Source: a virus
Strand: one strand, 5' to 3'
IMG/VR virus record: IMGVR_UViG_3300012036_000005
Coordinates: 1 to 64,000 of that record
DNA length: 64,000 nucleotides
Position numbers and translations under genes: made by a program. This document shows positions 58,393-64,000 of this stretch, in pieces; position 1 is the first letter of the stretch; each line of letters begins with the position of its first letter. The notes beneath the pieces were generated by a model. The model saw only the letters and a list, made by a program, of their open reading frames with translations, ran no database searches and was not told the DNA's origin.

Positions 58393-59450
58393 ATAAAGAA
58401 TATGATCTACTCGTCTTTATTGGACGATTTCAACCCTTCCATAATGGACATAAAAAAGTAATTGACCGAGCGCTAGAACTAGCCAATGATGTACTAGTTC
58501 TAGTTGGCTCTTCAAATCGAGGCCGTGAAGGCCGGCATCCTTTTACATTTGCAGAGAGAAAATTTATGATCGAATCATGTTATTATCATGATGAGATTGA
58601 TTATGCTCTCCATGTAAACTCAATTAACGATTATACATACAATGATAATCGATGGATTAGACAGGTCCTTGATCAAATTGAATCAGCAAAGGAAGAACTA
58701 GATCTCCCTAAAGATGCTCGAATTGGACTAATTGGTTGTGAAAAGGATAAGAGCAGTTTCTATCTGAAGTTGTTTCCAACTCTTGAAAATGTTGCAGTTG
58801 ATTACTCAGACAAGATTAATGCAACAGATTTGCGTCAATTGTATTGGACATATGGTATTTACAATCATTGGCGAGATACCGGAGCTCAAGGTTCTACATT
58901 GAAAGAGTCTGTTCCTATTGGAGCCTTTGATTTTCTTAGTGATTTTTTGAAGACAGAAGAATATTCTAATTTGGTCGAAGAAGTTAAGTTTATCGAACAG
59001 TATAAAATCAGTGTTCAAAAGTATCCTCGAATTGAGCACACAGTTGATGCAGTAGTTGTACAGAGCGGACACATTCTTCTTATTCGTCGCCGTTCTGCAC
59101 CTGGAAAACACAAATGGGCTCTTCCAGGTGGATTTATTCATCAAGATGAACGTCTTGAGGATTCAATGATTCGAGAACTACGAGAAGAAACTGGTATTAA
59201 AGTTCCTGAAGCAGTTCTTCGAGGATCAATAAAGAATAGCAAGTGTTATGATGATCCACACAGATCTGAACGTGGTCGTCTTATTACTCAAGCATTTCAT
59301 ATTGCACTTCCTCGAGATACTACATTGCCGAAGGTAAAGGGTATGGACGATGCTGACAAAGCTAAATGGCTACCCCTTAACGAACTAGAACCAACAATGA
59401 TGTTTGAAGATCATTTCTTTATCATCGACGACATGCTTGGAGGTGTGTAA
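58389..59450 (+). CDS. nadM: Bifunctional NMN adenylyltransferase / ADP-ribose Nudix hydrolase
   Basis: IGRFQPFHNGH, GSSN, PFT..ER, Y.D..W, NAT..R; Nudix box GG.....E......REL.EETG; DDA..A.W, FEDH. Confidence 0.95.
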   Translation: MNKEYDLLVFIGRFQPFHNGHKKVIDRALELANDVLVLVGSSNRGREGRHPFTFAERKFMIESCYYHDEIDYALHVNSINDYTYNDNRWIRQVLDQIESAKEELDLPKDARIGLIGCEKDKSSFYLKLFPTLENVAVDYSDKINATDLRQLYWTYGIYNHWRDTGAQGSTLKESVPIGAFDFLSDFLKTEEYSNLVEEVKFIEQYKISVQKYPRIEHTVDAVVVQSGHILLIRRRSAPGKHKWALPGGFIHQDERLEDSMIRELREETGIKVPEAVLRGSIKNSKCYDDPHRSERGRLITQAFHIALPRDTTLPKVKGMDDADKAKWLPLNELEPTMMFEDHFFIIDDMLGGV

Positions 59451-59683
59451 TGGAAGCAGCTATTGAATACCTTAAAAAAGAAGGCTTTGTATTTGCAGAG
59501 ATTGTCGACAACGAGTCAATTTATCTAAAAGGTAATATTGCCGTGTTAATTGAACCTGCTGACGAGTACAATACAGCCTGGGCAATAGGTAGTGCCCTGC
59601 GCAAAGGCTATGACTGGAATATTTCAGGAATAGATGGGAATAATTACCTTGTTGATGTATTCGAGGAGGTGTTGGATGACTGA
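59450..59683 (+). CDS. Hypothetical protein
   Basis: GGAGG RBS; coupled to nadM. Confidence 0.6.
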   Translation: MEAAIEYLKKEGFVFAEIVDNESIYLKGNIAVLIEPADEYNTAWAIGSALRKGYDWNISGIDGNNYLVDVFEEVLDD

Positions 59684-60014
59684 TTATTGGGATTTACAGA
59701 AGAAACAAGTAAAACTTCGAGGTGAATTAGATGCTGTCGAAGAAAAGCTAAAAAGCGCCAAACAGGCACTTACTGAGAATCCAATTTTTCTTGTTGCCGA
59801 AGCTTTGCACAAACAACTTTGTCGTCATAACCATACAGACGGTTGTGCTTGGTACTACGAAAAATGGGAAACCCCTGGCGCCGAACGTATGAGATGGGTT
59901 AACATTGCAAGAAGAGTCATACCGTTGCTTAGACAGGATCCTGGTCCGGATGCACAGGATCAAACCGAATATATTGTGAAGCTGATCGACGCAGCAACCG
60001 GAAATTACACTTGA
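59676..60014 (+). CDS. Hypothetical protein
   Basis: LH..LC.HNHTDGC.W.YE; likely start MTDYW. Confidence 0.65.
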   Translation: MTDYWDLQKKQVKLRGELDAVEEKLKSAKQALTENPIFLVAEALHKQLCRHNHTDGCAWYYEKWETPGAERMRWVNIARRVIPLLRQDPGPDAQDQTEYIVKLIDAATGNYT

Positions 60015-60095
60015 CACAAGAGGTGACAAGTGCTATAATATAAACAATAGATGATAGACATCTATTTTAAAACAAGCAAAGGAGTTTTGCTATGA
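60011..60095 (+). promoter_or_regulatory. sigma70 promoter plus two-hairpin leader of nadV
   Basis: TTGACA-N17-TATAAT; AATAGATG-ATAGA-CATCTATT; 25 nt identical to the nadM leader. Confidence 0.8.
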
Positions 60096-61483
60096 TTACA
60101 GATAACATTCTACTGATGACGGACAGTTACAAAGCGTCACATTTCCTACAATACCCAAAGGGTACTGAACGAGTAAGTTCGTACATTGAAAGCCGAGGCG
60201 GAAAATGGAACCGTACAGTTTTCTTTGGATTGCAAATGTTCCTCAAGCAATATTTGTCAAAGCCAATCACTCAAGAAATGATTGACGAAGCTGAGGAATT
60301 TTGGACAGCACATGGTGAACCTTTTAATCGTGATGGATGGATGCACATTCTAAACAATCACGAAGGTCGTCTTCCGATTGAGATCGAAGCTGTTCCAGAA
60401 GGAACAGTGGTTCCAACTAGTAATGTACTTGTCCAATTGGTCAACACTGATCCAGAAGTTCCTTGGCTAACTTCTTTTATGGAAACTGCATTGCTTCGAG
60501 CAGTTTGGTATCCAACAACTGTTGCCACTAACTCTTTCTCTGCTAAGGAAGTTATCTATCGTGCATTGCAGGAGACAGCAGACGATCCTGATGCAGAGAT
60601 TGGATTTAAGATGCACGACTTTGGTGCACGAGGAGTTTCTAGTCGAGAATCTGCTATGATTGGCGGTGCCTCGCATTTGGTAAACTTCTTGGGTACTGAT
60701 ACTGTTGAAGGGGTTCTTGCTGTTCGTAAGTTTTATGGAGAATCAATGGCAGGATTTTCAATTCCTGCAAGTGAACATAGCACTGTTACTTCTTGGGGTG
60801 GACCTCGAGGAGAAGTAGATGCAATGCGCAACATGGTCAAGCAATTTGGAAAACCGGGCGCACTTGTGGCTTTTGTATCAGACAGCTATGACATCTACAA
60901 TGCCACAAGCAACCTCTGGGGCGACACGTTGCTTGAAGAAGTCAAAGCAAGCGGTGCCACTATTATTGTGCGTCCTGACTCTGGAGATCCAACAGTTGTT
61001 CCAATCGAAGTAATCGAACTCCTAATGGAAAAGGTTGGTTATGAAACTAACTCAAAGGGATACAAAGTCCTACCGAGTTACTTCCGTGTTATTCAAGGCG
61101 ATGGTATTAATGTTGATACCATCAAAGTTATCCTTGATAAGATGAAGGAAAAAGGATTGTCAGCATCAAACATCGCGTTTGGTCAAGGAGGAGGACTTCT
61201 GCAACAACTTGATCGAGATACACTCAAGTTTGCAATGAAGGCTAGCTCAATTCAGATTAATGGTCGGTGGAATGACGTCTACAAAGATCCAATTACTGAC
61301 ATAGGCAAGCAGAGCAAGCGTGGTCGACTTTCACTAATTAAAAACGGTGAAGAATTTCGTACTGTGAGACGCGAGGATGCAGCAGGCGGAGAGCAAATGC
61401 TTGAAACTGTATACAAGAACGGTCGAATTCTTAAGACGACTAATTTTGCACAAATTCGTGCTCGAGCAGCATCTGCAATCTAA
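60092..61483 (+). CDS. nadV: Nicotinamide phosphoribosyltransferase (NAMPT)
   Basis: TDSYK.SH..QYP, WYPTTVAT, HDFGARG, GTDT, SIPASEHS, VSDSYD, RPDSGDP, QGDG, FG.GG.LLQ, KDP.TD.GK.SK.G. Confidence 0.98.
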   Translation: MITDNILLMTDSYKASHFLQYPKGTERVSSYIESRGGKWNRTVFFGLQMFLKQYLSKPITQEMIDEAEEFWTAHGEPFNRDGWMHILNNHEGRLPIEIEAVPEGTVVPTSNVLVQLVNTDPEVPWLTSFMETALLRAVWYPTTVATNSFSAKEVIYRALQETADDPDAEIGFKMHDFGARGVSSRESAMIGGASHLVNFLGTDTVEGVLAVRKFYGESMAGFSIPASEHSTVTSWGGPRGEVDAMRNMVKQFGKPGALVAFVSDSYDIYNATSNLWGDTLLEEVKASGATIIVRPDSGDPTVVPIEVIELLMEKVGYETNSKGYKVLPSYFRVIQGDGINVDTIKVILDKMKEKGLSASNIAFGQGGGLLQQLDRDTLKFAMKASSIQINGRWNDVYKDPITDIGKQSKRGRLSLIKNGEEFRTVRREDAAGGEQMLETVYKNGRILKTTNFAQIRARAASAI

Positions 61484-61486
61484 TAA

Positions 61487-61516
61487 GAATAGGTCAAGTT
61501 TAACTTGGCCTATTCT
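61487..61516 (+). terminator. Terminator-like hairpin after nadV
   Basis: GAATAGGTCAAGTT-T-AACTTGGCCTATTC. Confidence 0.7.
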
Positions 61517-61581
61517 CTTGACAAATTAGAGAAATATGTTAATATAGTGTATAAGAGATTATTAAATTAACAGGAGAGCAA

Positions 61582-62262
61582 ATGAAAATTTATATTGGAC
61601 CATATAAAAAATGGTGGGGACCATATCAAATTGCAGAGTTACTTTGCTTTTGGGTTAAAGAAACAAAAGATGAATATGGATTCCCGGCAAAGCCTAAATG
61701 GGTACATGATTTTGGTACTCGGCTTTCTGAAACTCCATTGTATAAAATATGCAACTGGATTGAGAGCAAGAGAGAACGTACTATTAAAATACGAATTGAT
61801 AAGTACGATACCTGGAGTATGGACGACACACTTGCTCGAATTATATTACCAATGCTTTTGCAATTAAAGGTAGCTAAGAATGGATCTCCATTCGTTGATG
61901 ACGAAGATGTTCCTGAACATCTTCGTTCAAGTGCCGCTCCTCCAACAGAAAATGAGTGGGACACAGATGACAATCATCACAAGCGTTGGGATTGGATTTT
62001 AGAAGAAATGATATGGGCATTTGAACAAAAGTTAACTGACTGGGAATCTCAATACTATTCTGGAGAACATGATATTAATTGGGATCCAGTTGATGAAAAC
62101 GGAAATATAATCAAAGACGAAGACGATGCTAAAAGTTACCGCATGGTATTTGGTCCTAACGACACTTTTGAGATTGACATAGAAAAAAGAACAATACACG
62201 CAAATCGGATAGCAAATGGTTTCCGATTGTTTGGCAAATACTATGAAGGACTTTGGTGCTAA
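61582..62262 (+). CDS. Conserved T4-like hypothetical protein
   Basis: MKIYIGPY, DTWSMD.TLA.II.PML.QLK, P.VD.EDVP, RWDWIL.EMIWAF, NGFRLFGKYY. Confidence 0.85.
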   Translation: MKIYIGPYKKWWGPYQIAELLCFWVKETKDEYGFPAKPKWVHDFGTRLSETPLYKICNWIESKRERTIKIRIDKYDTWSMDDTLARIILPMLLQLKVAKNGSPFVDDEDVPEHLRSSAAPPTENEWDTDDNHHKRWDWILEEMIWAFEQKLTDWESQYYSGEHDINWDPVDENGNIIKDEDDAKSYRMVFGPNDTFEIDIEKRTIHANRIANGFRLFGKYYEGLWC

Positions 62263-62263
62263 T

Positions 62264-62638
62264 ATGGAATATACAATCTTAATAATGCTTGCTCTCTTAA
62301 CGACGAAACATTTAATAATTGATTTCTTCCTTCAGGTTCCTTTTATGCATCAGAACAAACATCTTTGGACTCACCCCGGAGGTTGGTGTCATGCTGGATT
62401 GCACGGAATAGGAACTATTCTTTGTTTGATTTGGTGGGTAAATCTTCCTTTGTTATTTACTGTTGCTCTAGCAGAGATCCTTATTCATTTTTTAACTGAT
62501 CTCTCAAAAATGAGAATAGGTAAACATTTTGGTTGGGGACCTAACACTCATGCAGAATTTTGGTGGGCAATGGGAGCTGACCAATGGGTGCATAGTATGA
62601 CTTATATAGGAATTATTTTAGCGGTGATAAAAATATGA
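62264..62638 (+). CDS. DUF3307 membrane protein
   Basis: KH...DF.LQ, H...H, H...D..K, G.DQ..H. Confidence 0.85.
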   Translation: MEYTILIMLALLTTKHLIIDFFLQVPFMHQNKHLWTHPGGWCHAGLHGIGTILCLIWWVNLPLLFTVALAEILIHFLTDLSKMRIGKHFGWGPNTHAEFWWAMGADQWVHSMTYIGIILAVIKI

Positions 62639-63330
62639 TAGTTTGTCAAGAAGACAAAGACCCAGATCTTTCTCAAAAATATAATATGGATATAGATCCA
62701 ATTGCTCTTGAAATTGTTATAAGAGAAAAAGTTGGTAATAATAGTTCTTACGCTATGATATCTGCAGTAATAGACGACTGTGTAAGTTCCTTTAGCTTGC
62801 ACATAAAAGATAGCCATATAAATCAAGCGAATCAAATTCGAAATTATTACAAACATAAGATGCTACATAAGATGTTGAAAGGAGAACATCTCTCAAACTT
62901 TCAACATGCTTTGTATGAGATCGTAAACAAGGATTTACCTAAACAAGTTACATATGATGAACTTAGGATACTTTCAAAATTATCAGATTTCTATAAAGAA
63001 GATAAAGATTACGAAGTTATAGAAAAAAGATTTAAAAATTATACCAAGATTAATAATGGTAAAATTTTTCATCTTAACAATGAAAAAATTCAATATATTA
63101 AGAATATAGAGAGAATATCCAAAACAGAAAAATCAAAAAGATACTGGTTTAACACGGAAAATAATATATTGCTTTGTATACTGCTAGACTTAAATAACCC
63201 GCTAGAGTGCCTGCTTAAACGCGAAGTAGCGCATGATAAATTGTTAACAGTAAATGCAACTTGTTATCCTGGTGTCATTCCAGGAAGAGATATTAAATTC
63301 TACCAATTGGGTGAATGGAAAATTGTATGA
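62635..63330 (+). CDS. Hypothetical protein
   Basis: ORF coupled to upstream gene. Confidence 0.65.
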   Translation: MIVCQEDKDPDLSQKYNMDIDPIALEIVIREKVGNNSSYAMISAVIDDCVSSFSLHIKDSHINQANQIRNYYKHKMLHKMLKGEHLSNFQHALYEIVNKDLPKQVTYDELRILSKLSDFYKEDKDYEVIEKRFKNYTKINNGKIFHLNNEKIQYIKNIERISKTEKSKRYWFNTENNILLCILLDLNNPLECLLKREVAHDKLLTVNATCYPGVIPGRDIKFYQLGEWKIV

Positions 63331-63596
63331 ATAAAGAACAAAAGATTAATTTCGTCGCCGAATTAGCAATGGAAGTTGAAATATTTGACCGGATCAATTG
63401 GGGCGAACTAAATATTAATAAGGAAGAAGCCTTTTTAAATATAGCAGAAAAGGTATGTAATCAAGCCGAAACTGTTTCTGAAGACCAAAGAGATATAGTT
63501 AATGCTACAACTATAACTAAACTCCTTGTTGAAAACATGGTTTTAAACATTTTAATTGAGAAGATGAGAGATGGATATCGAGGAGAAAAAAACTGA
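63327..63596 (+). CDS. Hypothetical protein
   Basis: D.I.WG.L, TKLLVEN.VLN. Confidence 0.65.
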   Translation: MNKEQKINFVAELAMEVEIFDRINWGELNINKEEAFLNIAEKVCNQAETVSEDQRDIVNATTITKLLVENMVLNILIEKMRDGYRGEKN

Positions 63597-63948
63597 ATCT
63601 AATACTGATGAAATAGATCCCATAAAGAAACTTTTTCAAGATGCTAATCGAGAAAAGAGAAAATTAAGAGATCGGTTAAAAGAATTAGAAACAGAAGTAG
63701 AAGTACTCACACCAACTACACCAACCGGTACATTTGATTGGTATATCAAATGGATAGCTGTATTTTTTGGTGTTGGTGGAATTTTCTTAGCATCAGCTGG
63801 TTATACAATAATAGGGCCTTCATTCTATCTAATATCTTCCATATGTTGGGTATTAGTAGGAATGAATTGGCAAGATAGGGCTATAATGATAGGTAGTTCG
63901 ATTAGTGGAACCGCGGTAGCACTACAAATGATGGAGTTATTAAAATGA
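63571..63948 (+). CDS. Membrane protein
   Basis: DWYIKW.A, TM segments, W..VG..W.DRA. Confidence 0.7.
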   Translation: MDIEEKKTESNTDEIDPIKKLFQDANREKRKLRDRLKELETEVEVLTPTTPTGTFDWYIKWIAVFFGVGGIFLASAGYTIIGPSFYLISSICWVLVGMNWQDRAIMIGSSISGTAVALQMMELLK

Positions 63949-64000
63949 AAACAAAAATATTTCACGAAGATCAATGTGAAGTAACTTGCACTGACAATGA

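Overview
64 kb of a large, AT-rich (roughly one-third GC by eye) lytic tailed phage with T4-like features: rIIA/rIIB, class Ia nrdAB plus glutaredoxin, RNA ligase 1 and Pnk domains, PAAR, and TAAATA late promoters. An alphaproteobacterial host is inferred from the PstS type, SleB-like hydrolase, hemO-pcyX and a PhaR-like box. Layout: (i) 1-1.0 kb non-coding, repeat- and palindrome-rich; (ii) 1.1-18.4 kb minus-strand block of sigma70-driven accessory genes (decayed Thg1, macrodomain, phosphatases, rIIAB, L7/L12-like domain), bracketed by paired CGCAGCGGGGCC motifs; (iii) 18.5-33 kb mostly plus-strand late/virion region with a divergent Pho-box/PhaR-box cassette around pstS, a nucleotidyltransferase plus ligase-like pair, proteins sharing an M-[KR]-L-x-E-L N-terminus, a core/scaffold-like gene with a candidate -1 frameshift, and a beta-helix tail protein; (iv) 33-48 kb nucleotide metabolism and host-takeover genes (nrdAB, vWA, bS21, Hsp20, ClpS, heme oxygenase, PcyX); (v) 48-64 kb tRNA-maintenance genes and NAD+ salvage (NadM-Nudix, NadV). 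Best novelty candidates are the shared two-hairpin leader on both NAD salvage genes, the slippery-site extension of the core-like protein, the PhaR/PhoB divergent promoter and a GC-rich structured RNA at 48.6 kb. No tRNA, rRNA, CRISPR array or mobile element was recognised. All calls come from reading motifs; no searches were run.
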